From the NCBI GenBank assembly GCA_052386995.1, contig JBQTJP010000003.1:1-22190 (forward strand): DNA of 22,190 nt, written 5' to 3'. The position numbers and the translations under genes were made by a program. Below the pieces are notes generated by a model. It searched no databases. It was not told the origin of the DNA and worked only from the letters and a program-made list of their open reading frames with translations. Below are positions 8,534 to 18,000 of the stretch, piece by piece. Numbering within the stretch: the first letter of the stretch is position 1; each line of letters starts with the position of its first letter. Source of the DNA: Armatimonadota bacterium (GTDB taxonomy: Bacteria; Sysuimicrobiota; Sysuimicrobiia; Sysuimicrobiales; Humicultoraceae).

Positions 8534-9404
8534 TGTTCTGCACCTGCTCGCGCAGACTCTCGAGCTCGGTCTTCATCGCGATGACGGACCGAGTGATATC
8601 GAGATCATTCGCCTTCGACCCGATGGTGTTTGTCTCGCGCCCCATCTCCTGCAAGATGAACTCGAGTTTTCGGCCGACCGCGCCGTCCTCTTCAACGGTC
8701 TGGCGAAACTGTGTGATGTGGCTGCGCAGGCGCACGAGTTCCTCGCTGATATCGCTTCGTTCGGCGAACAACGCGAGCTCGGTAGCGATGCGGGCCTCAT
8801 CGATGGGAATCTCGGCGAGCAATTCGGCCAGACGGGCGCGCAGGCGCTCGCTGTACAGCCTGACGACGTCGCGGCCGCGCTCGTTGACCGCCTCGAGCAA
8901 TCGGCCGATCGCCGTCAGCCGGTCCAGCACGTCGCTGGCCATGCGCTGACCCTCGGCGGTGCGCATCGCGACGAGCGCATCTGTCGCTGCGGCCACGGCC
9001 GCCTCCAGCGCGGACCACAGCGTCTCCACCTCTGCGCGATCGTCTTCGACGCGCAGCACGTCCGGCAGCGACGCCAGCTGCGCCAACGTCACCTCGCCGA
9101 GGGCGCCGACGGTGCCGGCGATCTCACGCAGGGCCTGCGCATAGGACGCGGCCAGTTCGAGATCCACGCGGACGGCCTTCGCCCGACGGGCGCCGTTCTC
9201 GCGGGTCACGACGACCTCGACGCGGCCTCGATGCACCTTCCCCTGCACCACCGCCCGCGCGCGATCTTCCAGAGGGCTCAGGTCCTTGGGCAGCCGGATC
9301 TGTACTTCGCTAAAACGATGATTGACCGATCGGACCTCAACCGTCAATCGACCGCCCGGTGCCTGCGCCGTGGCGGTCCCAAACCCGGTCATGCTTCGGA
9401 TCAC
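8526..9404 (-). CDS. yicC: YicC/YloC family endoribonuclease
   Basis: Begins (M)IRSMTGFG, then [39 protein letters not shown], and ends REQVQNIE. True start GTG 9404, not 9560. Confidence 0.94.
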   Translation of the reverse strand: MIRSMTGFGTATAQAPGGRLTVEVRSVNHRFSEVQIRLPKDLSPLEDRARAVVQGKVHRGRVEVVVTRENGARRAKAVRVDLELAASYAQALREIAGTVGALGEVTLAQLASLPDVLRVEDDRAEVETLWSALEAAVAAATDALVAMRTAEGQRMASDVLDRLTAIGRLLEAVNERGRDVVRLYSERLRARLAELLAEIPIDEARIATELALFAERSDISEELVRLRSHITQFRQTVEEDGAVGRKLEFILQEMGRETNTIGSKANDLDITRSVIAMKTELESLREQVQNIE

Positions 9405-9413
9405 GGGCGGTGA

Positions 9414-9441
9414 GTTCGGCCAACCGGAAGAGCGTTCCTGC
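9414..9441 (-). promoter_or_regulatory. Candidate sigmaH-like promoter (GCAGGA-N18-GAAC) positioned for a leaderless yicC mRNA
   Basis: Resembles the Firmicutes sigmaH AGGA...GAAT spacing. GCAGGAA ends 30 nt before the GTG. There is no SD. Confidence 0.35.
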
Positions 9442-9451
9442 CCGAACGCGC

Positions 9452-9457
9452 TATGAT
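9452..9457 (+). promoter_or_regulatory. Putative sigma70 -10 element (TATGAT) for rqcH
   Basis: TATGAT ends 17 nt before the ATG at 9475 in the divergent intergenic region. Confidence 0.4.
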
Positions 9458-9474
9458 CAGTCTGGCGACGATCT

Positions 9475-11217
9475 ATGCGTGCGTCACACGTTCCTCCCGC
9501 GTCCTTCGACAGCGTGGCGCTGGCAGCCGCGCTGGCCGAGTGCCGTACGCTGACCGGCACGCGCCTGGTCCACGCCGATCAGATCGACGCCCACAGCATC
9601 GCGCTTGTCCTGCGCGGCGCACCGGGCACGGGCCCGAGCCGCACACTGCTGCTCTCGATCCACCCACAGTGGGGACGCATGCACCTGACCGGACGCACGA
9701 AGTCGGTGCAGGCGACGCCGTTCCTGCGCCAGATCAGCAGCCGGCTGGACGGCGCGGTGCTGCGCTCGATCGATGCGCCGCTGTTCGAACGGGTGGTGAC
9801 ATTGGGATTCGACGGATTGGAGGGAGCGTGCGAGCTGACCGCCGAGATCATGGGCAGGCGTTCGAACCTGATCCTGCGGGCCGGAGGCGTCATTCTCGGC
9901 GCGCACAAAATGGTCGGCGGCGTGCGCGGCAGGGAGATTCTCCCTCAACGGCCGTACGTACCGCCGGCACTGTCGCGGCCGGACCCGACGAACATCGCGG
10001 CCGACGACCTGGCGGGTATTGCCGCGCGGGGTCCGAACGATCGTCCGGCCTGGCGCACGGTGCTCGAAGCGACGTCCGGCATCGGGCCGGCCCTGGCCCA
10101 TGAGGTGTGCCTGCGCGCTGGGGCCGACCCCTATCGCCCGTTGCCGGGAGACGGTGCGGGCGCGGTGGCCGATGCGCTGCACGCACTGGGTGATGCCGTC
10201 CGCGCCGGACAGTTCACTCCTATGCTCTATCGTGATGCGGAAGGGACGCCCGCGGCGTACGCCGCCTTCCCGATGCGCATCTACGAGGGGCTCGCCGGCG
10301 AACCGGCATCGATGAGCGCGGCTGTAGAAGAGGTAACCGAGCGGGCGGCCGAGGTTGGCAGGCTCGAAGCCGCCCGCCAAGCCCTGAACGCAACCGTCAG
10401 AGGAGCCGCGCGGCGCGTGAAGCGAGCGCAAGACGCCGTGGCCGATGATATGCGCGCGGCCGAGGATGCGGGGCGGCTGCGCGAGCAGGGCGAACTGATC
10501 CTGGCCTACCTCAACCAGGTGGCGCCCGGCGCCCAGACCGTTGACGTGCCGGGTTTCGATGGAACTCCGGTTTCGATTCCGCTCGATCCGTCGCGCTCAG
10601 CGGTGGAGAATGCGCAGGCTTACTTTCGCCGATATGCGCGGGCGACTGCCGCGCGCCGCCGGCTGCCGCGGCGTCAGTCCGAGCTCGAGGCGGAACGCGC
10701 CTTTCTCGAGAACGTTGCGACGGCGATTGCGCAAGCCGACGATGCCGACGACCTGTGGGAGGTCGAGCAGGACCTGATCGCCGCCGGCCTGCGCCGGCGC
10801 GCCGAGCAGAGCCTGCGGCCACGGGCGGCTTCAGCCGGCCGGACGTTCGACCTGGCGGGGGGTTACCGCGTGCGGGTAGGCAGGAGCGCCCGCGAGAATG
10901 ACCATCTGACCTTCGAAGACTCCCGCCCCAACGATCTGTGGCTCCACGCGCGCGGCATGCCCGGGGCGCACGTGATTCTGTCCGCGGAGGCCGGCAAGGC
11001 GACGGAGGCCGCGATCGAGACGGCGGCGCGCATTGCCGCCCATTACAGTACCGGCCGCGGCGCTACGAAAGTCCCGGTGGATGTCACGCCCCGCCGATTT
11101 GTCCGCAGGGTCCACGGCGGCCGACCCGGTCAGGTCGTGTACACAAACGAACGGACGATCAACGTCGCGCCAGGGTTGCCGGCCCACGGCCAGGCGCGGG
11201 CGGTGAAGCGTGGATAG
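9475..11217 (+). CDS. rqcH: Ribosome quality-control NFACT protein RqcH (FbpA/YloA family)
   Basis: N-terminal FD motif, ERVV...EIMGRRSNLIL, GIGP helix-hairpin-helix, coiled coil, LDP...ENAQAYF, NFACT-R VGRSARENDHLTF...DLWLHARGMPGAHV. Confidence 0.93.
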   Translation: MRASHVPPASFDSVALAAALAECRTLTGTRLVHADQIDAHSIALVLRGAPGTGPSRTLLLSIHPQWGRMHLTGRTKSVQATPFLRQISSRLDGAVLRSIDAPLFERVVTLGFDGLEGACELTAEIMGRRSNLILRAGGVILGAHKMVGGVRGREILPQRPYVPPALSRPDPTNIAADDLAGIAARGPNDRPAWRTVLEATSGIGPALAHEVCLRAGADPYRPLPGDGAGAVADALHALGDAVRAGQFTPMLYRDAEGTPAAYAAFPMRIYEGLAGEPASMSAAVEEVTERAAEVGRLEAARQALNATVRGAARRVKRAQDAVADDMRAAEDAGRLREQGELILAYLNQVAPGAQTVDVPGFDGTPVSIPLDPSRSAVENAQAYFRRYARATAARRRLPRRQSELEAERAFLENVATAIAQADDADDLWEVEQDLIAAGLRRRAEQSLRPRAASAGRTFDLAGGYRVRVGRSARENDHLTFEDSRPNDLWLHARGMPGAHVILSAEAGKATEAAIETAARIAAHYSTGRGATKVPVDVTPRRFVRRVHGGRPGQVVYTNERTINVAPGLPAHGQARAVKRG

Positions 11218-11223
11218 ACCCCC

Positions 11224-11367
11224 TCAGCCGGACTTGGCGTCTTCCTCCGGCATGGAAGGGGGTTCTTCGGTCTTCTCGATCTTGGGCGCGGGCCGCGCCG
11301 CCTTTGCCTTTGGGGGCGACCAGGTGCCTGTCCAGAGGCGCATCGGGTCGTCGGGATCTTCTGCCAT
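11224..11367 (-). CDS. Hypothetical 47-aa small protein (MAEDPDDPMRLWTGTWSPPKAKAARPAPKIEKTEEPPSMPEEDAKSG)
   Basis: Strong SD GGGGAGGA just upstream of ATG 11367. Fills the gap between rqcH and pyrR. Upstream sigma70-like promoter. No family recognised. Confidence 0.65.
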   Translation of the reverse strand: MAEDPDDPMRLWTGTWSPPKAKAARPAPKIEKTEEPPSMPEEDAKSG

Positions 11368-11402
11368 GGCGATCCTCCCCGGACCGTGGAAAGATGAGTG
11401 CC

Positions 11403-11445
11403 AAAAAGTCGACGACGCCCGCACCGACAGACGGTGAGGGCGTCG
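11403..11445 (-). terminator. GC-rich hairpin plus U-tract (intrinsic terminator/attenuator candidate)
   Basis: CGACGCCC-T-CACCG-TCTGT-CGGTG-C-GGGCGTCG followed by TCGAC-TTTTT: 13-bp stem with one mismatch, U-tract offset by 5 nt. Confidence 0.55.
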
Positions 11446-11473
11446 CGGCCCCTTCAGCGGGATATTAGGTCAC

Positions 11474-11501
11474 AGTCTACGCGCGCGCGGGATTCTGTCA
11501 A
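11474..11501 (-). promoter_or_regulatory. sigma70-type promoter TTGACA-N16-TAGACT
   Basis: Perfect -35 (11496-11501) and near-consensus -10 (11474-11479), immediately downstream of the pyrR stop. Confidence 0.65.
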
Positions 11502-11513
11502 GACCACAGTGAG

Positions 11514-12098
11514 CTACGCAGGCTCCTCGATGACGACTTCGTCACGGCCGTCTGTCTCAGCGAGCCGCACGGCCACGTGCTCGCGTCCGCTGGTCGGCAC
11601 GTTCTTGCCTACGTAGTCTGGGCGAATGGGGAGCTCGCGATGGCCGCGGTCAATGAGCACCGCCAGCTGCACGGTCGCGGGCCGGCCCAGATCGATCAGC
11701 GCGTCCATCGCCGCGCGGGCGGTCCGCCCCGTGTAAATCACGTCGTCGACGAGCACGATGTCCCGCCCCTCGACGGGAAATGCGGCCGCGACCGTTTCTG
11801 CGACCGGGCGGCCAGAAGCTCCGCGCTCCCGATGCACGGTCGGGCGATCATCGCGGTAGGGCGTGACGTCGAGCACGCCCGCCGGCGGCCGCTGTGATTC
11901 GATCTTCCCAATCGCCGCGGCGAGACGCGATGCCAGATGCGCGCCCCGCGTGCGAATGCCGACCATCACCAGCCGCTCCGGAACCTTGTGGCGTTCGAGG
12001 ATCTCGTGCGCCATCCGGACCAGGGCTCGGCGCACGTCGTCTGCCTCCATCACGCGGGCCTTTTCCCGCCTTGGAAGCGGTCCCCCGGCGCTGTTCAT
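11514..12098 (-). CDS. pyrR: Bifunctional pyr attenuation regulator / uracil phosphoribosyltransferase PyrR
   Basis: [58 protein letters not shown] 12098 overlaps the rluD TGA. Confidence 0.95.
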   Translation of the reverse strand: MNSAGGPLPRREKARVMEADDVRRALVRMAHEILERHKVPERLVMVGIRTRGAHLASRLAAAIGKIESQRPPAGVLDVTPYRDDRPTVHRERGASGRPVAETVAAAFPVEGRDIVLVDDVIYTGRTARAAMDALIDLGRPATVQLAVLIDRGHRELPIRPDYVGKNVPTSGREHVAVRLAETDGRDEVVIEEPA

Positions 12099-13084
12099 CG
12101 CCTGCCCGCTCGACCTGTGCGCACGCCCCCCGTTGCCGGCCGGCCGCGCTCGGGCGCGGCGCGCAGCGCCCGAAGCACTTCCTCGAAGTCGGCGGGGAGC
12201 GGAGCGCGAAACGTCAAGGCCGCGCCTGAGATCGGGTGCGTGAATGCGAGCGTGCGCGCGTGGAGGGCCTGCCGTCGCATCCCCCACGGATTCGGCCGGC
12301 GCCCGTAGACCGGATCGGCGACGACCGGATGGCCCAGATGAGCGAGGTGGACGCGGATCTGGTGGGTGCGGCCCGTGTCGAGGCGTACTTCGAGCAGCGT
12401 CGCGTCTTCAAAGGTCTCGGCAACGCGGTAGTGGGTGACCGCGTGCCGGCCGGAGGCTACCACAGCCATGCGGGTACGGTGCCGGGGATCTCGACCGATG
12501 GGCGCGTCGATCACCCCCGAGGGCCGCCGAAGACGGCCGTGGACCAGAGCCAGATATTCGCGGCGAGCGCGCCTGGACTGGATCTGCGCCTGCAGGCCGC
12601 GCCCCGCCACTTCAGTCTTGGCCACAACCAGGAGTCCCGAGGTGTCTTTGTCCAGCCGGTGGACGATCCCCGGACGATCTGCGCCGCCGATCCGCGGCAG
12701 ATCGGGGCAATGCGCGAGCACGGCGTGTACGAGCGTGCCCGACGTCCGTCCGGCGCCGGGATGGACTGTCATGCCTGCCGGCTTGTCGACGACGAGCAGG
12801 GCGTCATCTTCATAGACCACCGTCAACGGGATCGCCTCGGGCTGGAGCGCCGCGGAGGCCGCAGGCAGTGGCGGGATCTCGATATCCAGGTGATCGCCGG
12901 CACGCAATCGGTCGGACGGCCGCACGCGCGCGGTGCGGCTGCCTCCCGCCGGCCGTACCGGGCGTCCCCCGAGCACCACGTGGCCGGCCGCGATCAGGCC
13001 CTGCAAACGCGTGCGCGAGAGCTCGGGCAGCCGCGCGGCCAGATAGGCGTCGAGACGCCGGCCTTCATCCGGCCCCTCGACCAC
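12095..13084 (-). CDS. rluD: RluA/RluD family 23S rRNA pseudouridine synthase
   Basis: S4 domain [42 protein letters not shown] and QALHA motifs. Start may lie 8 codons upstream. Confidence 0.92.
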   Translation of the reverse strand: MVEGPDEGRRLDAYLAARLPELSRTRLQGLIAAGHVVLGGRPVRPAGGSRTARVRPSDRLRAGDHLDIEIPPLPAASAALQPEAIPLTVVYEDDALLVVDKPAGMTVHPGAGRTSGTLVHAVLAHCPDLPRIGGADRPGIVHRLDKDTSGLLVVAKTEVAGRGLQAQIQSRRARREYLALVHGRLRRPSGVIDAPIGRDPRHRTRMAVVASGRHAVTHYRVAETFEDATLLEVRLDTGRTHQIRVHLAHLGHPVVADPVYGRRPNPWGMRRQALHARTLAFTHPISGAALTFRAPLPADFEEVLRALRAAPERGRPATGGVRTGRAGRR

Positions 13085-13100
13085 AAACCTGTGGTATGCG

Positions 13101-13871
13101 CTAGGCAGGAACTTCGGCTGCCGCGTCAGGCTCGGGAAGCGGCGTCCGGCGCGAAAGCGAGGTCAGGAATCCAAGGGAGATGAGTGCCGCGGTGCCGCTG
13201 GCGAGCTGCCCCAGCGTCAGCGGTCCTACCACGGCCGGGGCATCGATGAAGAAGTCCACCACGAAGCGGGAGACGCTTTGCAGAAAGACGGCCAGCGCGA
13301 ACAGAGTCCCTGGGGCGAGCTGCTGCTCGCGCTGCGCGCGCAGGATCAGAAGGATGCCCGCCGCCGCCAGCGCCAGATACAGCTGCGTCGGATGCCGGCG
13401 CTCCAGGAAGAGCTCGATCCCCCACGGCACGCCCGTCGCCTTGCCGGCGAGGAGGCCGTGCAGCAATGCGCCAATCATTGCGATCCCATAGCCCAGGATC
13501 ATCGGGGCCGCCAGCGCGTCCAGCAGCGCTCCGAACAAGACCTTTGCGCTCTTTGCGTACCACCTGATGAGCAGAAGCCCGCCCACCAGCGCGCCGTAAA
13601 ACACCAGGCCGCCATCCCTCCAGATCGTCACCATCTTGGTGGGGTCCTGCACGAACTGACCGAGATTGGCCAGAATGAAGCCGATCCGCCCGCCGACAAT
13701 GCCGGCGATGATCGCGTAGAGGCAGAGATCGAGCGTCCAGTTCGGGTCGGCGCCGAGGCGTGCGTGTACCGTGCGGCGCGCGAGCGCCACCGATGCGAAA
13801 AACGCGATCAGCAGGAAGACCCCGAACGAGGAGATTGGGATGCCCCACAGATCATAGAGGACGGGCCGCAT
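13101..13871 (-). CDS. lgt: Prolipoprotein diacylglyceryl transferase family protein (divergent)
   Basis: MRPVL, GIVGGRI, GGLVFYGA, PWG, RHPTQLY, RFVVDFF and LTLGQ; multiple TM segments; SD GGAGGTGA; next to lspA. Confidence 0.82.
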   Translation of the reverse strand: MRPVLYDLWGIPISSFGVFLLIAFFASVALARRTVHARLGADPNWTLDLCLYAIIAGIVGGRIGFILANLGQFVQDPTKMVTIWRDGGLVFYGALVGGLLLIRWYAKSAKVLFGALLDALAAPMILGYGIAMIGALLHGLLAGKATGVPWGIELFLERRHPTQLYLALAAAGILLILRAQREQQLAPGTLFALAVFLQSVSRFVVDFFIDAPAVVGPLTLGQLASGTAALISLGFLTSLSRRTPLPEPDAAAEVPA

Positions 13872-13874
13872 ACC

Positions 13875-14372
13875 TCACCTCCGAGACGCCTGCTGTCCTT
13901 CTCGTGAGAAGGAGATGATCAGGGCGACGGCACCCAGCACGATCGCGACATCCGCGAGGTTGAAGACCGGCCAGATGTGCACGTCGAGGTAATCGACGAC
14001 GTAGCCGAGTCGGACACGATCGATCAGGTTGCCCGCGGCGCCGCCGGTCATTGCCGCGATGCCCGGCCATGCCGCCCCGGTTGCGATCTGGCGGCCCTTA
14101 TTGTAGAAGAGCAGAAAGACCAGGGTCAAGGCAGCCAGGGCCGTAACCAGCGGGGATGCGCCGGCGAGCAGCCCAAAGGCGACCCCGGTGTTCTGCACAA
14201 GCGTCAGGCTGAAGATCCCCGGAATGATCGGAATGCTGGTGGACGCGGGGATGGCCGCGACGACCATCGCCTTGACGGCTTGATCCGCGGCGGACACGAG
14301 CAGCGCCGTCCCGGCGACTCTGATCCAGAGCCGCCGCGGCGCGCCAGGCGTCGACGGACGCGACGACGTTAT
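13875..14372 (-). CDS. lspA: Lipoprotein signal peptidase II (start uncertain)
   Basis: ADQAVK, NTGVAFG, GNLIDR, VVDYL and FNLAD motifs. Start is either ATA 14372 (overlapping the upstream TAA) or TTG 14405. Confidence 0.9.
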   Translation of the reverse strand: MTSSRPSTPGAPRRLWIRVAGTALLVSAADQAVKAMVVAAIPASTSIPIIPGIFSLTLVQNTGVAFGLLAGASPLVTALAALTLVFLLFYNKGRQIATGAAWPGIAAMTGGAAGNLIDRVRLGYVVDYLDVHIWPVFNLADVAIVLGAVALIISFSREGQQASRR

Positions 14373-14944
14373 CGAGGAATCGCCTGCTCTTCGCGCGCCT
14401 TGCAATTGATGCACAGCCGCGCATACGGAAGCGCCCGCAGCCGGTCCGGATGGATCTGCTGACCGCAGACTTCGCATGTCCCGTACGTCCCGTCCTTCAT
14501 CCGCTCCAGCGCTTCCTCGACCTGTTCGAGCAGCTCCTGGACGCTGTTCTCGATCGCGAATCCTTTCTCGCGCTCGAAGGTGTCGCTGGCAACGTCGGCG
14601 AGGTCCTCGTCGTATCCCCCGCCGGCTTCAACGCTCACCTGCTCGACCTCGGGCAGGTGCTCTTCGATCGCCTCCAGCTCCTCGGCGAGGCGGTCGCGCT
14701 CAGACTGAAGGATGCGGCGGAACTCGGCCAGCTCGCGCTTACCGAGCGGTTTTCGAGCGGTCCGTGGAGCCGGTGCCGCCGGCCGGCGGGTCAGCGCGGT
14801 CTTGGCCCGCATGGCTCCGCTGGCGGCCTTGACCCGCAGTGTCCGGCCCGAACGTGTGTTCTTCCCCCGTCGGACTCGATGGGGAAGAGTTTTGGCGACC
14901 CGCCGCCTGTTGCTGCGGGAGCGGGTCGCGGTCTTGCTGGCCAT
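14369..14944 (-). CDS. DksA/TraR-family C4 zinc-finger protein (YlyA position) with a highly basic N-terminal extension
   Basis: Coiled coil with DLADVA (DxxDxA), GTYGTCEVCG...RLRALPYARLCINC; SD AGGGAGG; lies between ileS and lspA. Confidence 0.9.
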   Translation of the reverse strand: MASKTATRSRSNRRRVAKTLPHRVRRGKNTRSGRTLRVKAASGAMRAKTALTRRPAAPAPRTARKPLGKRELAEFRRILQSERDRLAEELEAIEEHLPEVEQVSVEAGGGYDEDLADVASDTFEREKGFAIENSVQELLEQVEEALERMKDGTYGTCEVCGQQIHPDRLRALPYARLCINCKAREEQAIPR

Positions 14945-14992
14945 TGTGCGATTCCTCCCTCAAGAGGCGCTGGGGGCTTCAGAATCCTGCAT

Positions 14993-15021
14993 ATCTTACT
15001 CGACCGCCCTCCCCCTGGCAA
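14993..15021 (-). promoter_or_regulatory. sigma70-type promoter TTGCCA-N17-TAAGAT for the dksA-like-lspA-lgt-rluD-pyrR unit
   Basis: -35 at 15016-15021, -10 at 14993-14998, 17-nt spacer. Confidence 0.6.
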
Positions 15022-15030
15022 GAGTCGGGC

Positions 15031-18000
15031 TTACGGACTCTTTACAAGAGCCACCCGGGCCGGCAGCCCGTCGAGGGCGACCTCCCGGGCATGGGGCAGG
15101 GCGGCCGCCCCAGGCCGGATCTCGGTCGCCAGGGTCTCCGCCAGTACGTACCCCCGGTGTGCCTCGAGAAGGTCAGTCAGGCCGTCGGGGCCATCAACAT
15201 AGAGGATGATCCTGTCGCTGACGTCCAGCCCCCGCTCCTTGCGGAGTTGCTGGATGTGGTGGACCAGCTCCCGCGCCCGCCCTTCCCGGGCAAGGCTTTC
15301 GTCCACCGCGGTCTCCAGGATGGCCAGGTTCCCGCCAGACCCCTCTGCCGCGTAGCCGGAGGCCGTGTGGAGCCGCATCTCGATCTCGTCCGGCTCTACC
15401 CTGATCGTCTCCCCGCCGGGGACGACGTCGACTCCGGTGCCCGACGCGACCGCCGCCGCGACCTGGTCCGCCGGAAGAGCCCGCACCGCCGCGGCGATGG
15501 CCTGGACGCGGCCCCCATACTTCGGCCCAAGGCGGTCGAACCTCGGCTTTGCTTCGTAGCGGACATAGGCCGACGCGTCATCCACGAAGCGGACCTGCTT
15601 GACGTTCAGCTCGTCGGCGAGCAGGTCCACGAGCTCCGGTTCATCGCGCAGCCGCCGGCTAGGTGTCACCACCAGCACCGCCGGCAACGGCTGCCGCACG
15701 CGGACCTTCGCGGCGCTCCGCGCGGCCCGTCCAAGACTGGCCAGTGTTCGCACGGTGTCCATGGCCGCTTCGAGCTCTGGATCCAAGCGGCCGGCCGCTG
15801 TCGCGGGATCCGGATAGTCGCAGAGGTGCACACTCTCAGGCGCCTCCGGCTCGACGACGCGGACGAGGTTCTGGTACATCGCCTCCGTCAGGAACGGCAC
15901 GAAGGGTGCCAGCGCCTGCGCGAGTGTCCGCAGAGCTTCGTAGAGCGTGTAGTACGCCGCGCGCTTGTCGGCATCGTCCCCGCTCTTCCAGAAGCGCCGC
16001 CGGCTGCGGCGGACGTACCACGTCGACAGATCGTCGATGAACGCCTCGGCCGGGCGGCTCGCGCCGGCGGGATCGAAGTCGTCCAGCCGCTCGCGGATCG
16101 TCGTCACCAGGCCGGCGAGGCGGGAGAGGATCCATCGGTCCAGCAGCCGGAGCGGCGGCGGCAACGCGGCCAGGGCGCCGAAGTCGAGCGATTCCAGACC
16201 GGCATAGGTCACGAAGAAGGCATAGACATTCCACCACGGCAGGACGAACCGCCGGCGGACATCATCTGTCGGACCGTAGCCGAAGTTGACGTTTGCCGCC
16301 GGATTCTGCGTGGCGTAGACCCAACGGATGACATCGGCGCCGATCCGCTCGGCTCCCTCGTCGAACTCGATCGCATTTCCCCAGGATTTGTGCATCTCGC
16401 GCCCGTCTTCCCCGAAGACCGTCGCGTGCCCGAGGCAGACGTTGAACGGCGCCCGATTCTCCAGAACGGTGCTCATCACCAACATCGAGTAGAACCAGTT
16501 GCGGTACTGGCCCGGGAACGCTTCGGTGATGAAGTCCGCGGGGAACCACTCCCGCCAGTACCGCTGGTCGTCGGTGTAGGAGACCTTGCCGGTCGCAGGA
16601 TCGACCAGCGTGGAGAACGGCACAATCCCCGCATCGAGCCAGGGGTTGCCGATATCGGCGACCCGTGAGACGATCTCGCCGCACTTCGCGCACTTGATTT
16701 TCACCGCGTCGACCCACGGGCGGTGCGGCGCCTGGCCTTCGAACGTGTCCCATCCCGCCACTGCCCGGGCCTTGAGCTCTTCCTTCGAGCCGATGACCTC
16801 GAACGACCCGCACGCCGCGCACTCGTAGATCGGCAGCGCCAGACCGTAGTACCGCTTCTTGCTGATCATCCAGTCGTGCATGTTCCGCAGCCAGTCGATC
16901 TCCCGGTCCAGGCCGAACTCCGGGATCCAGCGGATTTGCCGCGTCACATCCATCATCGCCTGGCGGATCGAATCCATGGCGATGAACCATTCGTCGACCA
17001 CCCGAAAGACGAGCTCGGTGCCGCAGCGCCAGCACACGGGATAGCGGTGGGTGTAGGGCTCGGAGCGGTACAGCAACCCGCGCTCGGCCAGGCGCGCTTC
17101 AATGGGCTGTGCGACCTCGGTGACCGATTTGCCCTCAAACTCCCCCAAGCCACCGACGAACACCCCGAACTCGTCCAGCGGCGCGAGCACCGGGAGGCCA
17201 AACTCTTTGCCCAGCGCGAAGTCTTCGGCGCCGGCGCCCGGGGCGATGTGCACGATGCCGGTGCCTTCCTCGGCGCTGACGTCTTTCCACGGGATGACAC
17301 GATGCTCGACCCCGGCCTGCGCCGGAAGATCGTCGAATGGTCCGCGGTAGCGACGGCCGACGAGCGCACTCCCGGCCAGCGACTCAACGATGGTGTGCGG
17401 CCCCTTCAGCATCTCCAGCCGGCCCTCGCCCAGGTACACTTCCTCGTTCCCCTGGCGCACCCGGACGTACGTCAACTCCGGATGCACCGCCGCGGCGACG
17501 TTGCTCGTCAGCGTCCACGGCGTGGTGGTCCACACCAGGAGGGACCGCCCGGGCTCATCGATCATCGGCAGGCGCACGGTCAGGCCGGGATGCGTGACCT
17601 CGCGGTACCCTTCCGTGACGATCTCCTGCTCGGAGATGCCGGTGCCGCAGCGCGGGCACCAGGGCATCGAGTCGTGCCCCTTGTAGATCATGCCGCGCTC
17701 CCAGCAGCGCCGCAGAAAGTGCCAGACCATGTAGTTGTTCTCATCCGAGAGCGTGTGGTACGAGTTGTCCCACTCCATCCACTGGCCCAGGCGCAGGGAC
17801 TGCTGCGTGATGCGGTCGGCGAACCGCATGACGCGAGCCTTGCACTGCTCGACAAACGCCGCAATCCCGTAGACTTCGATATCGCGCTTGTTCTTGAAGC
17901 CCAGCTCGCGCTCGACCTCGACTTCTACCCAGAGCCCCTGGCCATCGAAGCCGTTTTGGTAGCGCTGCCGGAATCCACGCATGGTCTTGTAGCGACAAAA

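Noticed and set aside
8385..9413. 342-aa plus-strand ORF
   Set aside because: Antisense shadow of yicC/remA.
11368..11513. PyrR-binding attenuator or c-di-AMP riboswitch downstream of pyrR
   Set aside because: The PyrR loop consensus (AGUCC.G.GAGG plus UUUAA) is absent. A lone GCUGAA is insufficient for the ydaO motif.
12920..12975. ~10-aa apparent insertion in the RluD S4 domain ([18 protein letters not shown])
   Set aside because: Probably a local duplication in a surface loop. The frame is intact and no functional inference is possible.
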